Source: a bacterium (GTDB lineage: Bacteria; UBP7; UBA6624). Taken from it: 32,000 nt of DNA. The position numbers and the translations under genes are program-made. How positions within the stretch are numbered: the first letter of the stretch is position 1; every line of letters starts with the position of its first letter. Shown piece after piece: positions 1 to 9,486 of this stretch. The DNA lies in contig PBAU01000005.1 of NCBI GenBank assembly GCA_002716355.1, positions 20,425 through 52,424 on the forward strand, in the 5' to 3' direction. Under the pieces are notes generated by a model. The model was not told the origin of the DNA, made no database searches, and worked only from the letters and a program-made list of their open reading frames with translations.

Positions 1-215
1 ATCCATAAACCTCTTCCTGTTATCAAGGTTATTGTGCCTATAGGGTAATCTTCAGGTTTTCCAACTTTAAACTTCTGTGGGGGTTCATAAATTGCATATG
101 GGAATAAAAACCTCAAAAAAGAAACCAAAGCACCTCCTACATAAAGGGCAATTGAAGAATAGGCTATAACTAAAAGACCTATAAAGCCTCTTCGACTTGT
201 TTCTTTATCCTGCAT
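1..215 (-). CDS. Rieske-type iron-sulfur protein, N-terminal fragment (gene runs off the window start)
   Basis: Not in the ORF track. My reverse-strand translation from the ATG at 215..213 reads MQDKETSRRGFIGLLVIAYSSIALYVGGALVSFLRFLFPYAIYEPPQKFKVGKPEDYPIGTITLITGRGLW. A twin-arginine motif (SRRGF) followed by one TM helix is the usual N-terminus of Tat-exported Rieske subunits. The Fe-S ligand motifs would lie outside the window, so the family call is tentative. Confidence 0.4.
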   Translation of the reverse strand, partial: MQDKETSRRGFIGLLVIAYSSIALYVGGALVSFLRFLFPYAIYEPPQKFKVGKPEDYPIGTITLITGRGLW

Positions 216-259
216 GGTAATGTTTAGTAAATTCTAATATTTTTAATAAGATAACGAAC

Positions 260-961
260 GTGAAAAGTAACCATTCGATAGAAATGTTTGAAGAATTAGC
301 TCCAAAGTATGACTTTATGAACAGCGTAATTACATTTGGGCTCTATAAAAAATGGCAAAAAAAACTTGTAGAACAAATAAATCCAAAAGAAGGTGAGAGA
401 ATACTTGATACAGCAACTGGAACAGGAGACATAGCCATTCTTCTCTCTAGAAAAAAAGCTGATATTTTTGCTAGCGATCTATCTTTAAATATGTTGAAAA
501 TTGCAAAAAAAAGATCTATTGACGAAAAAGATAGTATCAAATTTTTTATAGATGATGCATCAACTCCAAAAATAAACAATCTCGACGCCATAACTATTAG
601 TTTTGGGATCAGAAACATACCCAACATAAAAAAAACTATTCAAAACCATGTCGAATGTTTAAAGCCGGGTGGAAGATGGGGCTGCCTGGAAACTGCAGAA
701 CCGGAAAACCCACTATTAAGAATGTTTTTTAATCTATGGATGATGATAATGCCTATTTTTGCAAAATTTTTTAAAGCTCCAAAAAGTGCTTATGCTTATC
801 TTAGAGATTCTGTAAAAACCTTTCCAAGATTAGAAATGATGAAAAAAACAATGGAAAAATCCGGCCTTAAAGTAATTTATGCAAAAGAGCTTTTTCCCAT
901 GGGGGCAATATTGCTCATAGGTGAAAAATCAGAGATTTCAAAAAGACAAAAGCTCAATTGA
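260..961 (+). CDS. ubiE: Demethylmenaquinone/ubiquinone C-methyltransferase (UbiE/MenG family)
   Basis: YDFMNSVITFGLYKKW, the SAM motif ILDTATGTGD, FGIRN, LKPGGR and YAYLRDSVKTFP all match UbiE/MenG. The start is GTG at 260, with an alternative ATG at 284. Confidence 0.85.
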   Translation: MKSNHSIEMFEELAPKYDFMNSVITFGLYKKWQKKLVEQINPKEGERILDTATGTGDIAILLSRKKADIFASDLSLNMLKIAKKRSIDEKDSIKFFIDDASTPKINNLDAITISFGIRNIPNIKKTIQNHVECLKPGGRWGCLETAEPENPLLRMFFNLWMMIMPIFAKFFKAPKSAYAYLRDSVKTFPRLEMMKKTMEKSGLKVIYAKELFPMGAILLIGEKSEISKRQKLN

Positions 962-2290
962 AAAAGATGTTAATTTCTGTTTGGTATCGAAAATCAAACT
1001 CAACCCTAAGCCATTAAAAGACCTTATTAGGGTTATCTGATTGGTTATAAATGTTTCATCATTAATATCCCATTCAGAATTCGTCCTAAAAGCCCAATTT
1101 TCTGAAAAACTAAAAATGGAGCTCAAAACAGGTCCACTCCAAGAATATTCTTGTCTAGACGGTATTGGATGCAAGCCGCTAACATCCCTACTCCCAAAAC
1201 CCAAAACAATTGAACCTTTTGGGAAATCAAATGGAAAAGAGATACTTCCGTGAAGCGACTCATAAGCAGATTGATTGTTTTTAAATCGTGAAAAACCTGA
1301 CCTCAAAACGAAATTTTCAAATGTTTTTTTGTATGTTGCAGCACTTCCAGTAGCATGAAAAAGATTTCCATCATTCAAAGAAAACCTACCTGCGCTGAAT
1401 TTAACATTAATCTCTTCGTCTTTCTTCTTGAAAGATCTGTTGAAACTATAGGATGGCGATGAAGAAACCCAATAACCCTTTCCATCTTTGCCAACCTCAA
1501 AAACAGAACCCAAACCCAAAGAAAAATAAGAATCTTTTTGTAATGGCAATTTTCCATCAAAGAACAATTCACTCTTGCCAGATTCTGATAAGCTTAAATA
1601 ACCAGACAAAAACCCTCCAAAAACTCCAAAATCTTGTAATTTGAAACCCAGCATGCTGCCTTCATCTGGGTGATTTTGAATAACTGGAGCAAAACTCAAT
1701 ATGTTTCCAAAATCTTCATTTGATCGAAATTCTCTCTGTAGGGAATCTAAGGAGAAAACCTTTTTGGAAAGCACATAAAAATCAACATTTTCAAAATTCA
1801 ATCTGTATAAATCATTAGTGATTTTTTGCAAAGTACATGTTTTGGACCTAATCAACAATCCTGATTTTGTTACAGGTTGCCAATTTCCAAAATTAATATT
1901 TTTAAAACTCCACAATCCATCACTGTAAATAAAATCATCACCAGAAAAATTCCAAACAGAAGAAAATTTTTCTTCCGACTTTATCTTTAATGTAAATTTA
2001 TTTGATGTTAATTTTTTAATCATCTCTGTCTGGTCATCAAATTCACCATATATTCCATCAAGAATAAAAACAAGGTTTCCGGATTTTGCCTCAATCAGGG
2101 ATTCTGAATAAAAAGATGCGGATTCTTTGTCAAAGGTGATTGACTCTGATGAAAACAAAAAATCCTCTGATTCAAACTCAACATCCCCTCTTGCTTCTAT
2201 TGAGCCATCAGGAAAATAAATAAGCTCTTCGGAAGAAAATGCAGGAAAAATCAAAAAAAGAAAACTTTGTAAAAAAAATAAAAAATTCAC
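938..2290 (-). CDS. Outer-membrane beta-barrel protein with OstA/LptD-like N-terminus (putative)
   Basis: It has a signal peptide (MNFLFFLQSFLFLIFPAFS) and a beta-rich, aromatic-rich sequence ending in SFSIELLSF; a C-terminal Phe is a typical OMP barrel signature. The N-terminal segment FPDGSIEARGDVEFESEDFLFSSESITFD resembles the OstA/LptA-LptD jellyroll. The start overlaps the folD stop by 4 nt. Confidence 0.5.
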   Translation of the reverse strand: MNFLFFLQSFLFLIFPAFSSEELIYFPDGSIEARGDVEFESEDFLFSSESITFDKESASFYSESLIEAKSGNLVFILDGIYGEFDDQTEMIKKLTSNKFTLKIKSEEKFSSVWNFSGDDFIYSDGLWSFKNINFGNWQPVTKSGLLIRSKTCTLQKITNDLYRLNFENVDFYVLSKKVFSLDSLQREFRSNEDFGNILSFAPVIQNHPDEGSMLGFKLQDFGVFGGFLSGYLSLSESGKSELFFDGKLPLQKDSYFSLGLGSVFEVGKDGKGYWVSSSPSYSFNRSFKKKDEEINVKFSAGRFSLNDGNLFHATGSAATYKKTFENFVLRSGFSRFKNNQSAYESLHGSISFPFDFPKGSIVLGFGSRDVSGLHPIPSRQEYSWSGPVLSSIFSFSENWAFRTNSEWDINDETFITNQITLIRSFNGLGLSLIFDTKQKLTSFSIELLSF

Positions 2291-3123
2291 TTTTTAAAAG
2301 ATGCTAAAATAGACACATTTTCCAAAAGCATGGCCACAGTCATTGGCCCAACACCTCCTGGAACTGGAGTTATCGCTTCAGCAAAATGGCAAGCTTTTTC
2401 ATATTCAACATCTCCACATAGACCATTTTCAGTTCTTGTGATCCCAACATCAAGAACATAAGCGCCTTTTTTAATCCAATTTCCTTTTATCAAATTTGGA
2501 ATTCCTGTTGCCGCAATAACAACATCAGATTTTTTTATCTTGCCTTCAAGGTTCCTGGTTCTGCTATGAGCAAGAGTTACAGTGGCATTAGCATGAGTTA
2601 ACAAAATTGCCATAGGGAATCCAACAAGAATACTCCTGCCTATAACTATTGCATTTTTGCCATTAAGATCACATCCAACTTCTCTCAAGAGCCTCATGCA
2701 GCCTTTTGGGGTGCAGGATGCAATCCTGTTCTCGCCTCTAACCAACTCACCAAGACTAGCTGGGGTCAAACCATCAACATCCTTATGTGATGGGATTTTT
2801 CTAATCAATTCATCAGAATCCAAATGAGAAGGAAGTGGTAATTGAACCAGAATGCCATCAACTAACGGATCATCCCCCCATAACTCAACGATTTGATTAA
2901 TCTCTTCTTGAGTTACGCCAGAAGAAACCTTCTTGACTAATGAGCTGATTCCAACTTCAGCAGCAGCTTTCTCTTTTGCATTTACATAAATTGAACTAGC
3001 AGGATCGTCACCAACGAGTAAAACAGCTAAAGTGACTTTCCTATCGATTAAAGACACTCTTTCTTTGACCTCTTTCCTAACGAGTGAGGAAATGCTTTTT
3101 CCATCAATTATCATTTCGACCAT
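2287..3123 (-). CDS. folD: Bifunctional 5,10-methylene-tetrahydrofolate dehydrogenase/cyclohydrolase
   Basis: VGDDPASSIYVNAKEKAAAEVGI, LVQLPLPSHLD, DVDGLTP, CTPKGCMRLL, GKNAIVIGRSILVGFPMAILL and TPVPGGVGPMTVAMLL are FolD hallmarks. The true start is probably the ATG at 3114, which forms an ATGA overlap with the upstream stop. Confidence 0.9.
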   Translation of the reverse strand: MVEMIIDGKSISSLVRKEVKERVSLIDRKVTLAVLLVGDDPASSIYVNAKEKAAAEVGISSLVKKVSSGVTQEEINQIVELWGDDPLVDGILVQLPLPSHLDSDELIRKIPSHKDVDGLTPASLGELVRGENRIASCTPKGCMRLLREVGCDLNGKNAIVIGRSILVGFPMAILLTHANATVTLAHSRTRNLEGKIKKSDVVIAATGIPNLIKGNWIKKGAYVLDVGITRTENGLCGDVEYEKACHFAEAITPVPGGVGPMTVAMLLENVSILASFKK

Positions 3124-3590
3124 AGATTGTAAATTATTTTTTCCAACCTTCTAGAAATTAATCTAGTCACGATGAAGTCTTTATTGGTTATCGGTTTCAC
3201 CAAAACAGAATCTATATTTGCAAAAATTGCGGCAAGGTGATCGGTAAAAATCTGATCGCCTATCATTACAACCTCACTTTTTTTGTATCCATTTTTCTTA
3301 ATCCATTTTTTAATAGCAAGTGGAAAAGGTTTATAGGCGACAAAAACATCCATGCCGAACTTTTCAGATAAAATTTTTGCTCTTTTTTTTGAAGTGTTTG
3401 ATGCAAGAGCAACCTTCTTTCCGCTATTAACCAAACTTTCAATCCAGTATTTTTTTTCTTTAGTCAATTTTCTTTCATGATGTTTTGTTAAAGTGTTGTC
3501 GACATCTATCAAAACAGCTTTATACTTTTTCAACTGTTTTAACTTTATGCTTTCAACATTTTCTGAAAAAAATACTGGTTTTGAAATCAT
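3111..3590 (-). CDS. YqeG-family HAD-IIIA phosphatase
   Basis: HAD motif I is present as LIDVDNTLT, followed by ASNTS and the C-terminal MIGDQIFTDHLAA typical of YqeG-type phosphatases. The start overlaps the mltG stop by 4 nt. Confidence 0.7.
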   Translation of the reverse strand: MISKPVFFSENVESIKLKQLKKYKAVLIDVDNTLTKHHERKLTKEKKYWIESLVNSGKKVALASNTSKKRAKILSEKFGMDVFVAYKPFPLAIKKWIKKNGYKKSEVVMIGDQIFTDHLAAIFANIDSVLVKPITNKDFIVTRLISRRLEKIIYNLWSK

Positions 3591-4606
3591 TCTGAATAAG
3601 TTCCCCTTAGTAATTTTATATAACCTAGATGCTCATCATAAGTTTCAGAAAAATAATGATGCAATCCGTCTCGCTCAAGAACATAAAAATGGTAATTGTG
3701 ACTTGAAGGGTTCATTGCTGCATTAAGAGCTGCCAAGCCAGGAGCAGATATTGGGCCAGGAGGCAAGCCGGAATTTGTATAAGTGTTGTAATCGCAATCT
3801 ATTTCTAAATCCTTATAAAACAACCTATCGGGTCTTTCAGCCATCAAAAAATTGGAATCTAGAGAAAGCTCAAAACAAAAAATGACCGTTGCGTCCATCT
3901 CAAATTTCATGTTTTTATTAATTCGATTCTGGATAACGCCAGAAACAATTTCTTTTTCACTGTCAATTTTAGTTTCTGACTCAATTATTGAAGCTATAGT
4001 GAAAACTCGATTCATTTCATCAGCAGTTATACCTTTACTTTCAGCAATGGCGACTGAATAAGAAAAAATAGGATTGATAATATTCAAAAATCTTTTTTGG
4101 TAGACTTCAAATAAATTTAAACTAGGTTCAACTGCAGAAAAGCCATCCATCATATCAAGCTTATAAGTATTTCCTAAAAGATAACCGGAATTAAAATCGT
4201 AAAAATCTTTTTCTTTGCAAAAATGATGATTCTCAAAAATCAAATCACATAAATCCTTATACGAAGAAACAAGAGATTTACCTTCATAAATCATAACTTC
4301 CTTATGGTAGGGCCTATAGACTTCCAGCTTTTTAGCGATATCCCAAGCCCATTCATTTCCATCTAACAAAAGTGGTCCAGCATGAACCCTCTTGTCACCA
4401 TTGTTGAAAAACCAAATCAACTTAATTGAAATTGGATCCCTAATAACATTCTGATCTTGAAGGTTTTCTAAAATTAAATTTGGCGTAAATGAAATTTGAT
4501 CATTAGCTGGTTTCCAGATAACATAATTTCCAGAAGCACCAGTTGGCCCAAACAGAAGGAAAAACAATAATCCAAAAAGGCAGATTGCATAATATAAATT
4601 TTTCAA
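3587..4606 (-). CDS. mltG: Endolytic murein transglycosylase MltG (YceG-like)
   Basis: It has an N-terminal TM anchor (LYYAICLFGLLFFLLFG) and the YceG signature YNTYTNSGLPPGPISAPGLAALNAAMNP...YHFYV. Confidence 0.85.
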   Translation of the reverse strand: MKNLYYAICLFGLLFFLLFGPTGASGNYVIWKPANDQISFTPNLILENLQDQNVIRDPISIKLIWFFNNGDKRVHAGPLLLDGNEWAWDIAKKLEVYRPYHKEVMIYEGKSLVSSYKDLCDLIFENHHFCKEKDFYDFNSGYLLGNTYKLDMMDGFSAVEPSLNLFEVYQKRFLNIINPIFSYSVAIAESKGITADEMNRVFTIASIIESETKIDSEKEIVSGVIQNRINKNMKFEMDATVIFCFELSLDSNFLMAERPDRLFYKDLEIDCDYNTYTNSGLPPGPISAPGLAALNAAMNPSSHNYHFYVLERDGLHHYFSETYDEHLGYIKLLRGTYSE

Positions 4607-4701
4607 AAATACTTAAACAAAATTATAAATCTTCAGCCTCTGAAAAAAAGCAATAAAAAAGAAACCGCAACAAATGGAGAAAGAATTACAATTAGAAAAC
4701 A
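4607..4701. promoter_or_regulatory. Divergent intergenic region that must hold promoters for the mltG-yqeG-folD-OMP operon and the lipoprotein-mfd operon
   Basis: This is the longest non-coding stretch in the window (95 nt) and lies between divergent starts. It is very AT-rich. I could not assign -35/-10 boxes confidently. Confidence 0.3.
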
Positions 4702-6684
4702 ATGAAAACAAAAAAGATCTTATTGTTATTGCTTGTTTTATTTTTTTCATCATGCACAAATATTTTTGTAGAAGAAGAGAACCCTTTGGAGAAAATGCAG
4801 GTCACAATGGATGCTATGCAGGAACAAAGAGATGCAATACCGGTATTTGGATTTTATGGGTTTTCACCAGTAGAAGTTAAAGAGAGTGATTTATGGATTG
4901 GTGATATTGCAACATTTGGACTTCAATGGAGAATACAGCCAAAAGAGCTCCAATGGGGTTTTGCAAGCCCTCATTGGCTTGGAACAAGCATCGGAACTCA
5001 TGCAAGACTCCTTAAAGGATTACCCGAACTGCAAGAAGTTCGAATAATGAATGAAATTTTGGATATAGATAGGTTTTATCTTGGAGAATATACTGTTGAA
5101 AACAACAAGGTTCTATTGACAATATACATATTTGAAGATGACCAGAAGAAAAAAATCATTGAGGAGTCTTCTGCGATTGAGGATATGTATCAGCTCATAT
5201 CAACAACAACAGAAAAATTAGTAAGAGACCTTGGTGTAGAAGGCGAAATTGAATGGACTGAAAATCAAATCCCACAAAACAAAGATGCGATGGAAGAGTT
5301 TGCATGGGCGAATAGATATCTAGATAACAAATGGTATGGATATGGCCTTGTTCATTTAAAAAACTTGATCGAATTGGAACCGACTTTTTTGCCTGCTTAC
5401 AGAAGCCTTTTGTCGATATATAGAAATCAGGATAATCTTGATGCTGCTGTAGAGCTTCTTTCAGATATAGAAAATGCTAATAATGACCCAATAATACAAG
5501 ACAACATAGGAAAAATATTATTCTTCAAAGGTGATTATGAAAATGCAGAAATTGCATTCAGAAACTCTTTATCAATCAACCCTCAAAATGGTGACGCAAT
5601 GTACTACCTAGGAAAAATTGCTGAAGCACAGGGGAATGAAAAACTCAGACAAACAATGATGAAAAGTTTTCTTGACATGGGTGGAACTGGAGGAGCTTTG
5701 CAGGCTGCAGCAAGGGCGTCAATTCAATTTAGTAATTCGAATGCAATCCTGACATTAAAACAAAGATGGAAAGATAGAAACCTATCCAGGCTTCCGCCTA
5801 ATTCAAATCCAAAATCAGTCAACAAAACCTTGAAACTATTACATGAAAAACCACTATACAGCGAAGGGAAAATAGGTTTTCCTACAGGTTTGGTTTCTGA
5901 CAAGAATGGTTTTTGGGTTTCTGTGCATTACAACAATTATGGAGAGGTTATCAATTTTGACTGGGATGGAAATGTGATAAACAGAATAAAAGAATCATTG
6001 TTGGAACCAAAACACATAACTATGCACAATGACCAACTTTACATTTCAGACGTTAGGAAAGATCTCATATACAAAATGGAAAATAACAAATTGATTGAAT
6101 GGTCAAAAGGCGTGAATAAGATTGAAGGATTAACATCAAGCCCAATGGGAATTTGGGCCATAGATAAAAAAAGATCTACTGCCGTCCTGCTTAACGAAGA
6201 TGGAAGCAAGGCAAAAATAGAAATAAAAAATCCAGAAACTGAAATACTGGAAGAAAAAACAAAACAGTTTGTATTAAGCAAAAAAATATCTACCCCATTT
6301 GCTCAGCCAACAGATATCGAATGGGGAAATGAAAATCTTTTATGGGTGCCTGATGATGCAATGGGTTCAATTGTTGGTTATGACGCTAATGGTGATGAAA
6401 TAAAAAAAATCGGCTTAAATGGCGTTGGCCCTGCAGAGCTCCTAGCACCACATGGAATCACATTCAATAATGGCTGGTTATTTGTTTCAGACACAGGGAA
6501 CTCTCGAATTCAAGCATGGGATGAAAACCAAACATTAAGAATAATGTATGGAAACGAACAATTTGGATCAAGACTTTTTGATAACCCTTTTGGAGTAGCG
6601 GTTTCAGAAAATCAGAATTTTATGGCTGTCACAAACCCTGGAACCAATAGAGTATTAATTTTTCAAATAGAAAACCAAAATTGA
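4702..6684 (+). CDS. Lipoprotein with central TPR repeats and C-terminal NHL-repeat beta-propeller
   Basis: It has a lipoprotein signal (MKTKKILLLLLVLFFSSC). TPR-like helices are visible (AVELLSDIE..., GDYENAEIAFRNSLSINPQNGDAMYYLGKI). NHL-type repeats are present (LLAPHGITFNNGWLFVSDTGNSRIQAWD; FDNPFGVAVSENQNFMAVTNPGTNRVLIF). Confidence 0.6.
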   Translation: MKTKKILLLLLVLFFSSCTNIFVEEENPLEKMQVTMDAMQEQRDAIPVFGFYGFSPVEVKESDLWIGDIATFGLQWRIQPKELQWGFASPHWLGTSIGTHARLLKGLPELQEVRIMNEILDIDRFYLGEYTVENNKVLLTIYIFEDDQKKKIIEESSAIEDMYQLISTTTEKLVRDLGVEGEIEWTENQIPQNKDAMEEFAWANRYLDNKWYGYGLVHLKNLIELEPTFLPAYRSLLSIYRNQDNLDAAVELLSDIENANNDPIIQDNIGKILFFKGDYENAEIAFRNSLSINPQNGDAMYYLGKIAEAQGNEKLRQTMMKSFLDMGGTGGALQAAARASIQFSNSNAILTLKQRWKDRNLSRLPPNSNPKSVNKTLKLLHEKPLYSEGKIGFPTGLVSDKNGFWVSVHYNNYGEVINFDWDGNVINRIKESLLEPKHITMHNDQLYISDVRKDLIYKMENNKLIEWSKGVNKIEGLTSSPMGIWAIDKKRSTAVLLNEDGSKAKIEIKNPETEILEEKTKQFVLSKKISTPFAQPTDIEWGNENLLWVPDDAMGSIVGYDANGDEIKKIGLNGVGPAELLAPHGITFNNGWLFVSDTGNSRIQAWDENQTLRIMYGNEQFGSRLFDNPFGVAVSENQNFMAVTNPGTNRVLIFQIENQN

Positions 6685-9485
6685 AAATACCAAAAAAACT
6701 AGAAAGAAAATTAAAAAAAATCAATTTTCCGCAATCATTTGGTTCACCATCACCACTTCTTCTTGCAGCAATAATATTATCAAAGAAAAAAAAATCTGTA
6801 CTTGTCGTTCCTGAAAGCGATTTAAGAGTTTTTCAAAAAATATTCAAACAATCCTCCAGACCTGTAAAAGACAACTGCCTTCCTCTTAAAAATAAAGGCA
6901 TTTTGATATTAACATACAGAGAAATTGCAAAAATAAATAAAAAATCAAAAAAAGATATCCTTTGGAAAAATGGCACAAAAATTCATGAAAAACACTCAAT
7001 AAAAGAGTACCTTGATTTAATTGGATATACAAGAAAACCCTATAAGCCAGAAGCTGTTGGTGAATGGTTTATGTCCGGAGATCGACTCTATATATTTACA
7101 CCAAATGAAAATGATCTTATCGATATTGAGCTTTTTGGGGAAACTATGGATGATCCTAGGCATAGAGACATTGCAATAACTCCTTTAGTTGAAGGTGATG
7201 ACATATTGGAAGAAGATTATGCAAAATTAGGGGATTGGTGGTTGTATAGAGATGGGGAAATAGAAGGTAAAGCCAACCTTCCAAAAGATTTGAAAATCAT
7301 AAAAGTTACTGGTTTTTCTAAACCAGAAGACATGTTCAAGATAACCTATAGCGACAATATTTTTTCTAACATTAATGAAGAAGAAAAATGGAAAGAATTT
7401 CTGGCACAAAGAGATGTGGACTTGATCCAATGTGGCTGGGGAAGAGAATGGGACACCAACTTAACATCACATGAATATTGGGAAGATTTAAAAGTATGGG
7501 TTTCGCCAAAACCTTCAAATCAAGAAGTAAAAAAAAGAATATTCTCTTTAGACAATTTAAAAACTGGTGACCATCTTGTTCATAAAGATCATGGCATTTG
7601 TAAGTTTGGAGGATTGAAAACAGCAACAGTTTCAGGAAGAAAAAAAGAATTTCTGAGATTGATATTTGACGGTTCAGATGAAATACTAGTTCCAATAATG
7701 CTGCTAACTAGAATACAAAGATATATAGGTCCTCCAGTAAAAAAACTTGCTAAACTTGGTGGGAAAAAATGGAAGAAAAAAGTATATGAAACAAAAAAAG
7801 AAACCCTTCAGTTTGCAAAAGACCTATTTAAACTTTACAACACAAGGAAAAATATCAAAAGGGAATTCGTTTGGGAGAAAGATCCTGAACTTGAATCCAT
7901 CTTTTCGAAAAACTTCCCGCATAAATTAACAAGTGAGCAACTTCTTGCTCTTAATGAAATATTTCAAGACATGTCTTCGGAAAAAATAATGAACAGAATT
8001 CTTGCAGGTGATGTTGGTTATGGCAAAACGGAAGTTGCCTTAAGGGCAGCATTCAGGGTTTTAATGAATAATTTTCAAGTTGCCCTACTTGCTCCAACTA
8101 CAGTTTTGGTTCAACAACACTACAGAAGAATAAAACGAAGGTTAGAAAATTTTGATATTAAATGCTTTAATCTATCCAGAATTGCATCAACAAAAGAAAG
8201 AGATGAAGCTTACTCAGAAATAAATAATGGATCATGTTGTTTCATTGTCGGAACACATGCACTATTGAATGAAAAAATAAATTTTAAAAAACTTGGACTG
8301 TTGATAATTGACGAAGAGCAAAGATTTGGTGTAAAGCACAAAGAGAAAATAACATTAAAAAATAAAAATATAGATGTTTTAACATTATCCGCAACTCCAA
8401 TTCCGAGAACGCTATTCACATCATTAGTTGGATTAAAAGATGCAACAACGATAACCACTCCACCAAGAGGAAGATTGCCAATAGAGACAATAATAAAAAA
8501 ATGGAATGAAAATGATGCAATAAAACTTATCGAAAATGAAATTCAAAGCAACGGGAAGGTCTTCTTTCTTCACAACAAGATAAACACAATAAAAAAACGA
8601 GAATCCTGGCTCAAGGATCGATTTGAAAATGTCATCACGATTCATGGAAGACTGAATCCAAAAACAATAGAAGACCGAATGATCAATTTCACAAATAGCA
8701 AAAAATCAATACTTCTAACAACAACGATAATTCAAAATGGAGTTGATTTCGATAATGCAAACACAATCATCGTAGAGGATGCAACAAGATTGGGCCTTGC
8801 ACAGCTTCACCAACTTAGAGGCAGAATTGGTAGGAGAGATAAAAAAGGCACGGCATGCTTTTTTACACCGGTGGGTTCTCCGACTTCCAAAAAGGTAGAA
8901 GAAAGGCTTAAAAAACTTGCTCAATACAGTGATTTAGGAGCTGGATTTTCTATAGCAAAAGCTGACCTTGAGCTTCGGGGTGCTGGTGAAGTTTTAGGAA
9001 CAAATCAATCTGGACATATTTGGCAATTAGGCTTAGAGCTTTTTGCCGAAATGCTACATGAATCAGTGATTAACATAAAACAATCAGAAACAAAAAATGA
9101 TCCAGAAATTGCAATACCATTTTTTGGAATGCTGCCAGGATTTTACGAAGAGCAAGAAAAATTATCAGTTTATTCTTATATTTTTGAGGATGCAAATGAA
9201 CAAGATTTAAAAAATCTTAAAACTGAATGGTATAAAAAAAACGAAGTCACAGATTCAGTAGAAGACCTTCTGTTAAGCTCAATGATTTACAAAACAGCCA
9301 AATCCCTACCAATAAAAAAGGCATCATATAGCGATAAGTTTCTCAAAATAACGCTATTGAAAAAACCAAACAAAAAAATACCAGCAAAATGGCTGCTGGA
9401 AAACGAAAGCTTAAAAATAAAAGTTGAACCAGACGCAAGAAAAATCCTTGAAAAACTTGATAAACTTGAACAAGTAATTTCTTAA
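6681..9485 (+). CDS. mfd: Transcription-repair coupling factor Mfd (short N-terminal module)
   Basis: The RNAP-interacting CarD/TRCF domain is present (GDHLVHKDHGICKFGGLKT...EFLRLIFDGSDEILVP...RIQRYIG). So are the SF2 translocase motifs GDVGYGKTEVALRAAF, LIIDEEQRFGV, LTLSATPIPRTL and QLHQLRGRIGRR. The TTG start lies in a TTGA overlap with the upstream stop. Confidence 0.85.
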   Translation: MKIPKKLERKLKKINFPQSFGSPSPLLLAAIILSKKKKSVLVVPESDLRVFQKIFKQSSRPVKDNCLPLKNKGILILTYREIAKINKKSKKDILWKNGTKIHEKHSIKEYLDLIGYTRKPYKPEAVGEWFMSGDRLYIFTPNENDLIDIELFGETMDDPRHRDIAITPLVEGDDILEEDYAKLGDWWLYRDGEIEGKANLPKDLKIIKVTGFSKPEDMFKITYSDNIFSNINEEEKWKEFLAQRDVDLIQCGWGREWDTNLTSHEYWEDLKVWVSPKPSNQEVKKRIFSLDNLKTGDHLVHKDHGICKFGGLKTATVSGRKKEFLRLIFDGSDEILVPIMLLTRIQRYIGPPVKKLAKLGGKKWKKKVYETKKETLQFAKDLFKLYNTRKNIKREFVWEKDPELESIFSKNFPHKLTSEQLLALNEIFQDMSSEKIMNRILAGDVGYGKTEVALRAAFRVLMNNFQVALLAPTTVLVQQHYRRIKRRLENFDIKCFNLSRIASTKERDEAYSEINNGSCCFIVGTHALLNEKINFKKLGLLIIDEEQRFGVKHKEKITLKNKNIDVLTLSATPIPRTLFTSLVGLKDATTITTPPRGRLPIETIIKKWNENDAIKLIENEIQSNGKVFFLHNKINTIKKRESWLKDRFENVITIHGRLNPKTIEDRMINFTNSKKSILLTTTIIQNGVDFDNANTIIVEDATRLGLAQLHQLRGRIGRRDKKGTACFFTPVGSPTSKKVEERLKKLAQYSDLGAGFSIAKADLELRGAGEVLGTNQSGHIWQLGLELFAEMLHESVINIKQSETKNDPEIAIPFFGMLPGFYEEQEKLSVYSYIFEDANEQDLKNLKTEWYKKNEVTDSVEDLLLSSMIYKTAKSLPIKKASYSDKFLKITLLKKPNKKIPAKWLLENESLKIKVEPDARKILEKLDKLEQVIS

Positions 9486-9486
9486 C

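Noticed and set aside
4674-4880. 68-aa ORF starting at an ATG preceded by nothing and followed by GGAGAAAG, overlapping the lipoprotein gene start
   Set aside because: It lies in a different frame from the 660-aa lipoprotein, whose N-terminus is a textbook lipoprotein signal (MKTKKILLLLLVLFFSSC). The short ORF has no features of its own.
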